Source of the DNA: Candidatus Avispirillum sp.
Lineage (GTDB): Bacteria > Bacillota > Clostridia > Oscillospirales > CAG-272
Direction of reading: 5' to 3'
Length of the DNA stretch: 33,171 bases
NCBI GenBank assembly: GCA_045632025.1
Contig: JAZQVW010000094.1
Span: 1 to 33,171, forward strand
Both the position numbers and the translations under genes were made by a program. The stretch's first letter is position 1; each line of letters starts with the position of its first letter. Below are positions 17,782 to 26,348 of the stretch, piece by piece. The notes under the pieces were generated by a model. The model was not told the DNA's origin. It saw nothing but the letters and a program-made list of their open reading frames with translations, and made no database searches.

Positions 17782-20688
17782 TTATCTTGCAACCTCTTCC
17801 ATAATGAAGGCTTCAAGAACGTCGCCTTCCTTAAGGTCGTTGAACTTTTCAAGACCGATACCACATTCGTAGCCTGTCTGAACTTCCTTAACGTCGTCCT
17901 TAAATCTCTTGAGAGAGGAGATCTTATCCTCGAAGATAACTACGCCGTCACGAACAACGCGGATATTTGCGCTTCTTGTGATGTAACCGTTCTGAACGTA
18001 GGAACCTGCGATAACGCCGATATTGGGAACTCTGATAGTCTGGCGAACCTCTGCCTGACCGAGAAGCTTTTCAACAAACTCGGGAGCGAGCATACCCTTC
18101 ATAGCAGCTGTGATCTCTTCGATACAGTCGTAAATGATACGGTATGTTCTGATATCAACACCCTTATGCTCAGCAGAGTCGATCGCGCCACGGTCGGGAC
18201 GAACGTTAAAGCCTACGATGATAGCATTGGATGCATCAGCAAGCATAACGTCGCTCTCTGTGATACCACCTGCAGCAGAGTGGATAACGCGAACGCGAAC
18301 CTCGTCGTTGGAGATCTTTTCAAGGGACTGCTTAACAGCCTCAGCACTACCGCCAACGTCTGCCTTAACGATAACGTTAAGATCCTGAACACCTTCCTTG
18401 ATCTGAGCGAAGAGATCCTCAAGGTTAACCTTAGCATTAGCCTTAAAGATTTCTTCCTTAGCCTTTTCCTTACGCTGATCAGCGAGAGTTCTTGCCATTC
18501 TTTCGTCTTCAACTGCGTTGAATTCGTCGCCGGACTGGGGAACCTCGGAAAGACCAATGATCTCAACGGGAACAGAGGGGCCTGCCTCCTTGAGAGCCTT
18601 ACCTGTATGGTCTGTCATTGCTCTTACACGGCCAACGGATGTGCCTGCGATAACGATATCGCCGCCTCTGAGTGTACCGTTCTGAACAAGAACTGTTGCA
18701 ACGGGACCGCGGCCACGATCAAGCTTAGCCTCGATAACGATACCCTTAGCACGTCTCTCGGGGTTAGCCTTATATTCCTTAACCTCTGCAATAAGAAGAA
18801 CGCTTTCAAGAAGGTCCTCAATACCCATACCTGTTACAGCAGAAACGGGGATGCACATTACGTCACCGCCCCATTCCTCGGGAACGAGGTTATAATTTGT
18901 AAGCTCTGTCTTAACAGCATCGGGATTAGCTGTGGGCTTATCCATCTTGTTGATAGCAACGATGATCTCAACGCCTGCAGCCTTAGCATGGTTGATAGCT
19001 TCAACTGTCTGGGGCATGATACCGTCGTCAGCCGCAACTACGAGGATAGCAATATCTGTTGCCTGAGCACCACGGGCACGCATTGCTGTAAACGCTTCGT
19101 GACCGGGAGTGTCAAGGAATGTAATATCCTTGCCGTCGATATTAACTCTGTAAGCACCGATATGCTGTGTGATACCGCCTGCCTCGCCACGTGTTACGTT
19201 TGTGTGGCGGATAGCGTCAAGAAGGGATGTTTTACCGTGGTCAACGTGTCCCATTACGCATACAACAGGTGCTCTTTCTACCTGGTTTTCATCCTTATCC
19301 TCTTCCTCACTGAAGAGCTTTTCCTCGATAGTTACAACAACCTCGCGTGTAACCTCAGCGCCAAGCTCGTCGGCAATAAGGAACGCTGTATCAAAGTCGA
19401 TGATCTGGTTAACAGTTGCAAGAGTGCCCATAAGCATAAGGCGCTTAACTACCTCTGCTGCTGTTACCTTAAGTCTGGATGCAAGCTCGGAAACGGAGAT
19501 CTCATCAGGTACTGTGATCTTGAGAGTCTGCTTCTTCGCCTGCTGCTCCTTGCGGAGGCGCTCCATTGCGCTGTTTTCCTTGTTGCGGTTCTTGGAGGAA
19601 CGCATATCACGAGTGTTCTGCTTCTTAAGCTTCTGCTTATTGGAGGAATTATCGTGACCGAAATCAGGCACAAATGTTTCAAGGCGCTCGTCGTACTTGG
19701 AAAGGTCTACAGAGCCTGCACGAGTGTCAACAACTCTTGTTGTACCTGTACGCTTACGCTCGTTTGAGGGAGCAGCTGTCTTCTGCTTCTGCTTACCCAT
19801 TGTGGAAGCATCGGGGATATAGTTGCGATTCTGATTTTCAGAATTTCTGTTCTGCTGGAGAGCACCCTGAGGCTTCATATTGTTATTATTTCTTCTGTCG
19901 CGGTTATCCTGACGGTTGTCACGATTATCGCGGTTGTCTCTGTTTTCAAAGCGCTGGCCGCCCTGGCGGTTGTCCTGAGGACGTCCCTCGGGCTTACGGT
20001 CAGCAAAACGATCGTTACGGTCATTTCTCTGAGGTCTGTCCTGACGGTTGTCCTGGCGATTGTTATTCTGCTGATTCTGCTGAGGCTTAGCAGGTCTTTC
20101 TGTTCTCTGATCTCTGCCCTCAGCCTTCGCCTTAGCCTTTTCTTCTCTTGCTTTCGCCTCAGCCTCTGCTCTTGCCTTTGCCTGAGCTGCCATTCTCATA
20201 AGAGCGGCATCCTTTTCGGAATCAAGGGTTGCTGTTGCGATCTTGGGCTTAGCTGCCTCTTCAGCCTTTGCCTTAGCTTCTGCTTCAGCCTTTGCCTTAG
20301 CTTCTGCTTCAGCCTTTGCTTTAGCCTCTGCTTCAGCCTTTGCCTTAGCTTCCGCATCTGCCTTTGCCTTAGCATCAGCCTCAGCCTTTGCCTTAGCCTC
20401 TGCCTTTGCTTTAGCCTCTGCCTCAGCCTTTACCTTAGCCTCAGCCTCAGCCTGAGCCTTCTTTGCAGAAGGAATAGCTGTTTTACCGTGAACGTATCCC
20501 TCGATATCGGAGATCTGATTGTTCTTGGTCAGTGTATCTATAAAGAGGTTAAACTCGTCTGCTGCAAGAACTGTTGTTGTCTTCTTGCCGCCGAGGTTAT
20601 TCTCTTCGAGAACTGCAATAAGATCCTTGCTCTTCATGTCAAGGTCCTTCGCAAGCTGATTGATACGGGACATCGGTGCTTGTGCCAT
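17782..20688 (-). CDS. infB: Translation initiation factor IF-2
   Basis: Motifs [57 protein letters not shown]. Start probably ATG 20688 behind GGTGA. Confidence 0.98.
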   Translation of the reverse strand: MAQAPMSRINQLAKDLDMKSKDLIAVLEENNLGGKKTTTVLAADEFNLFIDTLTKNNQISDIEGYVHGKTAIPSAKKAQAEAEAKVKAEAEAKAKAEAKAKAEADAKAKADAEAKAKAEAEAKAKAEAEAKAKAEAEAKAKAEEAAKPKIATATLDSEKDAALMRMAAQAKARAEAEAKAREEKAKAKAEGRDQRTERPAKPQQNQQNNNRQDNRQDRPQRNDRNDRFADRKPEGRPQDNRQGGQRFENRDNRDNRDNRQDNRDRRNNNNMKPQGALQQNRNSENQNRNYIPDASTMGKQKQKTAAPSNERKRTGTTRVVDTRAGSVDLSKYDERLETFVPDFGHDNSSNKQKLKKQNTRDMRSSKNRNKENSAMERLRKEQQAKKQTLKITVPDEISVSELASRLKVTAAEVVKRLMLMGTLATVNQIIDFDTAFLIADELGAEVTREVVVTIEEKLFSEEEDKDENQVERAPVVCVMGHVDHGKTSLLDAIRHTNVTRGEAGGITQHIGAYRVNIDGKDITFLDTPGHEAFTAMRARGAQATDIAILVVAADDGIMPQTVEAINHAKAAGVEIIVAINKMDKPTANPDAVKTELTNYNLVPEEWGGDVMCIPVSAVTGMGIEDLLESVLLIAEVKEYKANPERRAKGIVIEAKLDRGRGPVATVLVQNGTLRGGDIVIAGTSVGRVRAMTDHTGKALKEAGPSVPVEIIGLSEVPQSGDEFNAVEDERMARTLADQRKEKAKEEIFKANAKVNLEDLFAQIKEGVQDLNVIVKADVGGSAEAVKQSLEKISNDEVRVRVIHSAAGGITESDVMLADASNAIIVGFNVRPDRGAIDSAEHKGVDIRTYRIIYDCIEEITAAMKGMLAPEFVEKLLGQAEVRQTIRVPNIGVIAGSYVQNGYITRSANIRVVRDGVVIFEDKISSLKRFKDDVKEVQTGYECGIGLEKFNDLKEGDVLEAFIMEEVAR
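20261..20460 (-). repeat. Coding 24-bp tandem repeat, about 8 units, encoding (AEAEAKAK)n in the IF-2 N-terminal region
   Basis: Unit TCAGCCTTTGCCTTAGCTTCTGCT and variants; one unit is 18 bp. Confidence 0.9.
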
Positions 20689-20736
20689 ATTTCTATCACC
20701 TTTTCCCCTCAAAATTAGGGGATCCTTTCGTCAACT

Positions 20737-21054
20737 TTATCGCTGAAGTGTTAGTTCTTCGATTTTTTGTGCCAAGCCCTTGTTCGTTATGGCGCAGGCG
20801 GCACAAAGTGAGCTCTTTCCGAGAGCATCGGAAAGCTCGGACATTGTGAGATCAAGCTTAATAAGCTTGACTTTATAAAAAGCGCATTTATCGGTAACCT
20901 GCTTTTCCGTTCTTGCAGAGGCATCGCTTGCAAGAATCATCAGATTGACCTTTGCGGAATTTTTTCTGATTGCGCCGATGGCAAGCTCGCTTCCGCATAT
21001 AGCGGCGCGGGATGCCGCGCAAAGTCCTAAATATTTGCTGAGCTGAGCCTTCAT
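20737..21054 (-). CDS. ylxQ: L7Ae/L30e family RNA-binding protein (YlxQ-like)
   Basis: YLGLC...AICG, ILASDAS..T.K...DKC..YKV, ELSDALGK; lies between ylxR and infB. Confidence 0.85.
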   Translation of the reverse strand: MKAQLSKYLGLCAASRAAICGSELAIGAIRKNSAKVNLMILASDASARTEKQVTDKCAFYKVKLIKLDLTMSELSDALGKSSLCAACAITNKGLAQKIEELTLQR

Positions 21055-21350
21055 TTATTCTCAGCCTCCCATGCGACGATCTCCTCTTCAAGGGCTGCAA
21101 GCAGCTCCTCGGGAATCTCGCACTCAAGATTTGTTCTGAATCTGTTTGCCTTTCTCGCCTTCTTGAAGCACTGAGAATTTTTGCAAACGTATGCACCGCG
21201 GCCGCTCTTCTTGCCTGTGAAGTCAAGAGAGACCTCGCCCTCGGGGCTTCTTACAACGCGGATGAGATCCTTTTTATCAAAGGACTGTCCGCAGCCCGTG
21301 CATTTTCTCTGGGGAATCTTTTTAACCTTAGGGGCTTTGTTTGCGCTCAC
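21051..21350 (-). CDS. ylxR: YlxR/DUF448 family protein (RNase P modulator RnpM-like)
   Basis: KKIPQRKCTGC...KKDLIRVVR, LDFTGKKSGRGAYVC. Confidence 0.92.
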   Translation of the reverse strand: MSANKAPKVKKIPQRKCTGCGQSFDKKDLIRVVRSPEGEVSLDFTGKKSGRGAYVCKNSQCFKKARKANRFRTNLECEIPEELLAALEEEIVAWEAENK

Positions 21351-21352
21351 GA

Positions 21353-22378
21353 TCAGTTACCCTTGATGTCGATCTTGAAGCCTGTAAGTCTTGCAGCAAG
21401 ACGTGCATTCTGGCCTTCCTTACCGATCGCAAGAGAAAGCTGATCTGCGGGAACTACAACGGATGCGCTTCTTTCACCAACGATCTCAACGCTTGTTACC
21501 TCAGCAGGAGAAAGTGCTGCTGCGATAAACTCTGCAGGATCCTCGGAATATTCGATGATATCGATCTTCTCGCCTCTGAGCTCGTCTACGATCTCAGCAA
21601 TACGGCGGCCTCTTTCACCGATACATGCACCGATAGCCTCAACGTTTTCATCTCTGGAGTAAACAGCGAGCTTGGAGCGGCTGCCTGCCTCACGGGAGAT
21701 ATTGTGGATGATAACTGTGCCGTCCTGAATTTCAGGAATCTCCATCTCGAAAAGACGCTTAACAAGATTGGGATGAGTTCTGGAAAGAGTTACGATGGGA
21801 CCTGCCATGCTCTCTCTCTTAACCTCTGTTACGAATACCTTGATTCTATCGCCAACCATAAATGTTTCGCCGGGGATCTGCTCGCTTTCGGGAAGAACTG
21901 CTTCGCTTGTGCCTGTATCGATAACGATAGCGCCCTCGGAGTCAGCGGTCTTAGTAACAACGGCTGTAATAACCTCCTCGCGCTTCTTCTCGTATTCGCG
22001 GATCATGCTGGAGCGCCCTGCCTCGCGGATACCCTGAATGATAACCTGCTTTGCTGTCTGCGCGCTGAGACGGCCGAAGAGCTTTGTCTTAACTTCCTTC
22101 TCAACTACGGAGCCGATAACGTGACGGCGGCTGATAGCCTTTGCATCCTCAAGAGAGATCTGAGTTGCGGGGTCTTCAACGACCTCAACAACGTCCTTGC
22201 ACTCGTAAACCTTAACGTCCTTCTTTTCAGGGTTGATAACAACGCGAACGTTTGCTGTGCCGTACTCCTTCTTGAAAGCGCTGATAAGAGCTGCTTCAAC
22301 CTTTTCTATCATATAAGCCTTCGGGATACCCTTGGTTTTTTCAAGGAGATCAAGGGCATTGAAAAATTCCTGATTCAT
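21353..22378 (-). CDS. nusA: Transcription termination/antitermination factor NusA
   Basis: Motifs FGRLSAQTAKQVIIQ, LSRTHP, LFEMEIPEI, REAGSRSK, LSLAIGKEGQNARLAARLTGFKIDIK. Confidence 0.97.
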   Translation of the reverse strand: MNQEFFNALDLLEKTKGIPKAYMIEKVEAALISAFKKEYGTANVRVVINPEKKDVKVYECKDVVEVVEDPATQISLEDAKAISRRHVIGSVVEKEVKTKLFGRLSAQTAKQVIIQGIREAGRSSMIREYEKKREEVITAVVTKTADSEGAIVIDTGTSEAVLPESEQIPGETFMVGDRIKVFVTEVKRESMAGPIVTLSRTHPNLVKRLFEMEIPEIQDGTVIIHNISREAGSRSKLAVYSRDENVEAIGACIGERGRRIAEIVDELRGEKIDIIEYSEDPAEFIAAALSPAEVTSVEIVGERSASVVVPADQLSLAIGKEGQNARLAARLTGFKIDIKGN

Positions 22379-22414
22379 TTTTACTATTACCTTTCTATGA
22401 AGATTATATTTAAA

Positions 22415-22882
22415 TTACCAATCGAAAACTGTTGCAAGCTTAGCGCAAGCGGACTTTTCAAGAGTTACCGCCTCGCCTTCCACGTCAAGAGTGAAGGTTT
22501 TATCATCGGCTGCCGCAAGAATACCTGTAAGCTTCTTCTGACCGTTGATAGGAGCGTAGAGCTTAGCCTCAACCTTTTCGCCCAGGCAATATTCATAATG
22601 CTCGGGACGGCTGATGGTTCTCTCAACTCCGGGAGAGGAAACCTCAAGTCTGTAAGCTACCTCGATGGGGTCTGCCTCATCGAGAACGGGGTCGATAGTT
22701 CTGTGCATCTTTTCGCAGTCGTCAATATCGATGCCTTCTTCCTTGTCGATAGTGATACGGAGCACCATTTCAGCGCCCTCCTTCACGTATTCAACGTCCC
22801 AGAGCAGATAGCCGAGCTCATCAGCTATAGGCTCAAGAAGATCGCGGACTGTTCCTGCAATGTTTTTCTTCTGTTTTTCCAT
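22415..22882 (-). CDS. rimP: Ribosome maturation factor RimP
   Basis: DVEYVKEG...LRITIDK..GI.IDDCE, Y.LEVSSPGVER. Start ATG 22882 follows GAGGT. Confidence 0.95.
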   Translation of the reverse strand: MEKQKKNIAGTVRDLLEPIADELGYLLWDVEYVKEGAEMVLRITIDKEEGIDIDDCEKMHRTIDPVLDEADPIEVAYRLEVSSPGVERTISRPEHYEYCLGEKVEAKLYAPINGQKKLTGILAAADDKTFTLDVEGEAVTLEKSACAKLATVFDW

Positions 22883-22904
22883 CGTTACCTCTTTCAAAAA
22901 CAAT

Positions 22905-22942
22905 TTTAAAACAAAGAGTGGGTTCTTCTGAAACCCACTCCT
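22905..22942 (-). promoter_or_regulatory. rimP leader hairpin (terminator/attenuator-like)
   Basis: Minus strand reads GAGTGGGTT-TCAGAAG-AACCCACTC-TTTGTTTT, between the promoter and the RBS. It resembles the GAGTGGG/CCCACTC hairpin generally found upstream of rimP. Confidence 0.7.
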
Positions 22943-22969
22943 TTAATCTTAATATTCTTTCTATAATGC

Positions 22970-22998
22970 AGTATATCATGATGCAAATAAAAAATCAA
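22970..22998 (-). promoter_or_regulatory. Sigma-A promoter of the rimP-nusA-infB operon
   Basis: Minus strand reads TTGATT-17 nt-TATACT with TG extension. Confidence 0.7.
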
Positions 22999-23026
22999 TA
23001 GTTTTTGAAAAATATTTTATTACCAG

Positions 23027-23055
23027 CGTATGGGAGGATAATATCCTCCCATACG
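23027..23055. repeat. Perfect 29-bp intergenic palindrome (REP-like)
   Basis: CGTATGGGAGGATA-A-TATCCTCCCATACG, with no flanking U-tract. Confidence 0.75.
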
Positions 23056-23060
23056 GAAAC

Positions 23061-23090
23061 AAAAAAGCCGACCTTTTTCGGTCGGCTTTT
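23061..23090 (-). terminator. Rho-independent terminator of the esterase/ATP-grasp operon
   Basis: Minus strand reads AAAAGCCGACC-GAAAA-AGGTCGGCTTTTTT, 8 nt after the stop codon. Confidence 0.88.
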
Positions 23091-23097
23091 ATGCAAA

Positions 23098-24291
23098 TTA
23101 ATAGCAAGCAACGGCGTCCTTATAGAACTGATCCATTTCTTCCTTTGTGGAGAAGTTTGCTACGTACATCTGGTTACCCATAGCGCCTGCAAGAGCCTCG
23201 GGGATTCTTTCAACCATCTTCATATTTGCGCCGTACTTAGCCATAAGAGCGTCGTGGTCAAGAACAAAGTTCTTGCCGTCGCGGCGGCCTGCGTATGCAC
23301 AGTAGAAGTGCTCGCCCTGGGGCAGCATTGTGGAGCCGTATGCGATCATATCAGCCCAGATCTTATATACGTTTGTGGAGTTTGCAAAGTTGATCATATC
23401 AGGTGTGAAGCCACCACAGGGACGCATATTAACCTCAAGCGCGATAACGTCGCCTTCCTTACCAAGGCCTTCCTGGTCCTGTGTGAGACGGAAGAACTCA
23501 AAGTGAACGAAGCGGCTCTTTACGCCGAAGCTCTTAACTGTTGCGCGGCCTGCTTTTCTTGTATCCTCGGGAAGATCCTTAAGGATATAGTAGCAGCTGT
23601 TGTCCTGATTATTAACGATATCCATAATGGAATCGGGTGTTACGTTACCTGTTTCGAAAATGGGGTTGCCCTCACCGTCGATGATAGCGTCGTAGGAGTT
23701 AACAGTTGCGTGAACGAACTCCTCCATGATGTAGGGAACTTCCTTGGGATAGCTTTCGTAGAAGCTTACGAGGTCCTCATCGCAGGAGAGCTTATATGTA
23801 GCAGCTGCGCCAACGCCGTTATCGGGCTTAACAACAACGGGATAGCCAACCTTATCAAGGAACTCTCTGCAGCCCTCAAGGGACTCAACGATGTAGTAAC
23901 GAGCAACGGGAATACCTGCCGCCTCGTAGTAAGCCTTCATCTTGGACTTGTTCTTGATACGCTCCATATCAGATGCCTGGAATCCGCTTGTGATGTTGAA
24001 GTCTGTGCGGAGCTGAGCATCCTTCTCAAGCCAATACTCGTTATTGGACTCAAGCCAGTCGATCTTACCGTACTTGAATGCAAAGAATGCAACTGCGCGG
24101 TAAACCTCATCGTAGTTTTCAAGGCTGCCAACCTTGTAGTATTCGTTAAGGCTGTCTCTGAGCTCGGGCTTAAGCTCATCGTAGGGAGCCTCACCGATAC
24201 CGAGAACGTTCATACCATTGTACTTCAGCTCCTTGCAGAACTGCCAATAGTTTGTAGGAAAGTTTGGTGAAATGAAGATAATGTTTTTCAT
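23098..24291 (-). CDS. ATP-grasp domain protein (putative carboxylate-amine ligase; sometimes mislabelled as a short carbamoyl-phosphate synthase)
   Basis: Motifs NKSKMK...AGIP, GYPVVVKPDNGVGA, YIMEEFV, VHFEFF, LEVNMRPCGG. Confidence 0.88.
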   Translation of the reverse strand: MKNIIFISPNFPTNYWQFCKELKYNGMNVLGIGEAPYDELKPELRDSLNEYYKVGSLENYDEVYRAVAFFAFKYGKIDWLESNNEYWLEKDAQLRTDFNITSGFQASDMERIKNKSKMKAYYEAAGIPVARYYIVESLEGCREFLDKVGYPVVVKPDNGVGAAATYKLSCDEDLVSFYESYPKEVPYIMEEFVHATVNSYDAIIDGEGNPIFETGNVTPDSIMDIVNNQDNSCYYILKDLPEDTRKAGRATVKSFGVKSRFVHFEFFRLTQDQEGLGKEGDVIALEVNMRPCGGFTPDMINFANSTNVYKIWADMIAYGSTMLPQGEHFYCAYAGRRDGKNFVLDHDALMAKYGANMKMVERIPEALAGAMGNQMYVANFSTKEEMDQFYKDAVACY

Positions 24292-24294
24292 TGA

Positions 24295-25029
24295 TTAAAC
24301 CTCCAAAAGTTTGGGAATGAAATATTCAACCTGCTTATACCACCAGTCCCAGTCGTGAGCAACGTCGTTGCCCCAAACGTCAACCCAGATGTTGATGCCC
24401 TTGGAATTGAAGATATCACGCAGGCGGATTGTTGAATCGGGGATCTCCCACGCGCCTGTACCAACGCAAACGATACCGCGGCCGCTGTTATACTTTTCAA
24501 TATAGGGGTGGTCATCAACCATATTTGCCATATAGTGAACGGGAGAGTTTGCATATACAAGCTCATCCATATAGCCGCCGAAGCCATAGTTTGAATCATA
24601 GATGCCGCTGAGAGCAAGTGTTCCGCGAACTGTGTCGGGGAAGCGGAGGAAAAGGTTGAGCGCGTGTGTTGCGCCAAGGCTGCAGCCGAAGGTTGCAACG
24701 TCCCATCTGCCTGTCTTCTCTCTGAGCATAGGAATCGCTTCGTTTATAATATAGCTTACCCACGCTTCATGACGGCGGATGCGGTCGTAAGCGGGAGTAT
24801 AGTTATTAGAATATGTTTCCTTGTCGATAGTATCGATTGCAAGGATAGTTACGAGGCCTGCCTCAATGTAGGGACCCCAATAATCTGTCATCTTGAAGTT
24901 TTCAAAGTCAAAGTAGCGTCCGTCCTGGCAGGGGATGAAAAGAACGGGCTTGCCGCCGTGACCGTAGAACTTACATTCCATATCTCTCTGAAGGGCGTTG
25001 GAATAAGTTTTAATGTACTGTGTTTCCAT
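24295..25029 (-). CDS. Esterase family alpha/beta hydrolase
   Basis: Motifs YGHGGKPVLFIP, nucleophile elbow GCSLG, LALSG.YD, C-terminal HDWDWW. Confidence 0.87.
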   Translation of the reverse strand: METQYIKTYSNALQRDMECKFYGHGGKPVLFIPCQDGRYFDFENFKMTDYWGPYIEAGLVTILAIDTIDKETYSNNYTPAYDRIRRHEAWVSYIINEAIPMLREKTGRWDVATFGCSLGATHALNLFLRFPDTVRGTLALSGIYDSNYGFGGYMDELVYANSPVHYMANMVDDHPYIEKYNSGRGIVCVGTGAWEIPDSTIRLRDIFNSKGINIWVDVWGNDVAHDWDWWYKQVEYFIPKLLEV

Positions 25030-25043
25030 TGTATTCTCCTGAA

Positions 25044-25790
25044 TTACTTATACAAAAGTGTGTTTATAACAAAGGGAAGCTGCTTTTCCCAGCTTGCCTC
25101 GCAGTGCTCACCACGAGGAACAACGCGAAAATTGAGAAATACTCCCTTTTCAAAAAGCATAGACGCCACCTTATGGAGGCGCTTTGCCATATTTTTGTGA
25201 TTTGCCATTTCTTTTGAGCCATAGTCCATATAAATAACCGTTTCAGGCTTAATAACGGACTCTGCAATAAGGCTGTCTATCTCCTGGGGCGCAACCCATA
25301 CGGAGGGAGAAAGACAAGCGGCGCGGCTGAATACGCGATTATATTTCAGCACCGCATAAAGGCTCATAAGTCCACCCATTGAGCTTCCTGCAATAAAGGT
25401 GTTGTTTCTGTTTTTGATGGTAGGATAATGCGCGTCAACAAATGGCTTGAAAACTCTTACAAACCATCTCATTGTCAATTCGCCCTTGCCCTCAACGTAG
25501 CCAACGGAGGGACGTCTGAAGGAATAGGGAGAATATTCCGAAAGTCGGCCGTTGTTGGGAGAGTGATTGCACTCAACTGCAGCAACGATAAGCGGAACGT
25601 CATTTTCCTCAAGATATTTAAGCATTCCCCAGCTTTTACCATAAGTCGCATCCTCGTCGAAGAACACGTTATGTCCGTCAAACATATAAAGAACGGGATA
25701 TTTGCCCGGCTTATCGGGGCAATAAACATAAGCAAAGCGGGGCTCATCCCCTGTGAGATGCGGCAGAGTTACCTCAAACTTATCTATCAT
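25044..25790 (-). CDS. Esterase family alpha/beta hydrolase (Fes/IroE-like)
   Basis: Motifs YPVLYMFDGHNVF, RLSEYSP, nucleophile elbow GSSMGG, CLSPS.W, MDYG..E, GEHCEASW. Confidence 0.87.
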   Translation of the reverse strand: MIDKFEVTLPHLTGDEPRFAYVYCPDKPGKYPVLYMFDGHNVFFDEDATYGKSWGMLKYLEENDVPLIVAAVECNHSPNNGRLSEYSPYSFRRPSVGYVEGKGELTMRWFVRVFKPFVDAHYPTIKNRNNTFIAGSSMGGLMSLYAVLKYNRVFSRAACLSPSVWVAPQEIDSLIAESVIKPETVIYMDYGSKEMANHKNMAKRLHKVASMLFEKGVFLNFRVVPRGEHCEASWEKQLPFVINTLLYK

Positions 25791-25914
25791 AACATACTCC
25801 TTTAAACAAAAGTCAGTATATCATACCCTGCAAGGGGCATAAGCTATGCATAAAAACAATGCACCAATTGCCGCGCGGGATAAGAAGCATCGCAAAAATA
25901 TATTACGATACTTT

Positions 25915-25943
25915 ATTCTACTAAATTTGTTTACAAATTTCAA
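25915..25943 (-). promoter_or_regulatory. Sigma-A promoter with palindromic operator upstream of the esterase/ATP-grasp operon
   Basis: Minus strand reads TTGAAA-17 nt-TAGAAT. The perfect inverted repeat AAATTTGT-TT-ACAAATTT (25923-25940) fills the spacer. A second extended -10 (TGATATACT) lies at 25815-25823. Confidence 0.6.
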
Positions 25944-26005
25944 CTGTTTTTGCAATTATTATCAACATAATGCAAACTTTTGTGCAAAAAACGACTGTTT
26001 TCAAT

Positions 26006-26224
26006 TCAAATGCTTTCTTTTTCAAGGAAAGTAAAGCGGCTGACAGTCTTGCCTTCAAATTCAACGGTTTCATTCCACATTGAAGCGGGGCGCACCCAAT
26101 ATTTGCCGTTTTCAAGACTTCTGTAGACAACCATTTCCTCAAGGGTTTCGCTGTGAAGTGCTATATCCACGACCTCATACATTCCGCCCTTGAAATGGCG
26201 GTAAATTCCTTTTTTGATCTCCAT
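26006..26224 (-). CDS. DUF1653 domain protein
   Basis: GIYRHFKGGMYEV...A.HSETLEEMVVYR.L...WVRP.SMW.E...SRF. Confidence 0.9.
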   Translation of the reverse strand: MEIKKGIYRHFKGGMYEVVDIALHSETLEEMVVYRSLENGKYWVRPASMWNETVEFEGKTVSRFTFLEKESI

Positions 26225-26249
26225 ATTACATCTCCCTTTTCTTTTTTAT

Positions 26250-26294
26250 CCGCCTTTTATAAAAAAGGCGGCAGGGTGTGGGGCGGCGCCCCAC
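26250..26294. repeat. Composite palindromic intergenic element, copy 1
   Basis: CCGCCTTTT-ATAA-AAAAGGCGG, then CAGGGT, then GTGGGGC-GGC-GCCCCAC. Same architecture as 32762-32808. Confidence 0.65.
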
Positions 26295-26322
26295 GTAATT
26301 TAATATAAAAGTAATTTAATAC

Positions 26323-26348
26323 AAAAGAGGAGGTTGCCCTCCTCTTTT
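26323..26348 (-). terminator. Terminator after the RNHCP gene
   Basis: AAAAGAGGAGG-loop-CCTCCTCTTTT, abutting the stop codon. Confidence 0.8.

Noticed and set aside
17758-19767. 669-aa plus-strand ORF antisense to infB
   Set aside because: It is a codon-aligned shadow of a highly expressed gene that avoids TTA/CTA/TCA. It has no protein motifs and no RBS.
21341-22909. 522-aa plus-strand ORF spanning nusA and rimP
   Set aside because: Antisense shadow. It runs across both genes only because their 36-nt spacer keeps the frame.
23005-24270. 421-aa plus-strand ORF opposite the ATP-grasp gene (likewise 27160-28077 and 31562-32605)
   Set aside because: Shadow ORFs of clearly identified minus-strand genes.
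23098-24291. Carbamoyl-phosphate synthase large subunit (carB)
   Set aside because: Only one ATP-grasp module in 397 aa, no carA or pyr/arg context, and no CarB-specific motifs.
25860-25900. SAM-I riboswitch suggested by minus-strand TTCTTATC...GGCAA...GGTGC
   Set aside because: Far too short; it lacks the P2 kink-turn region and the closing GATRAG strand.
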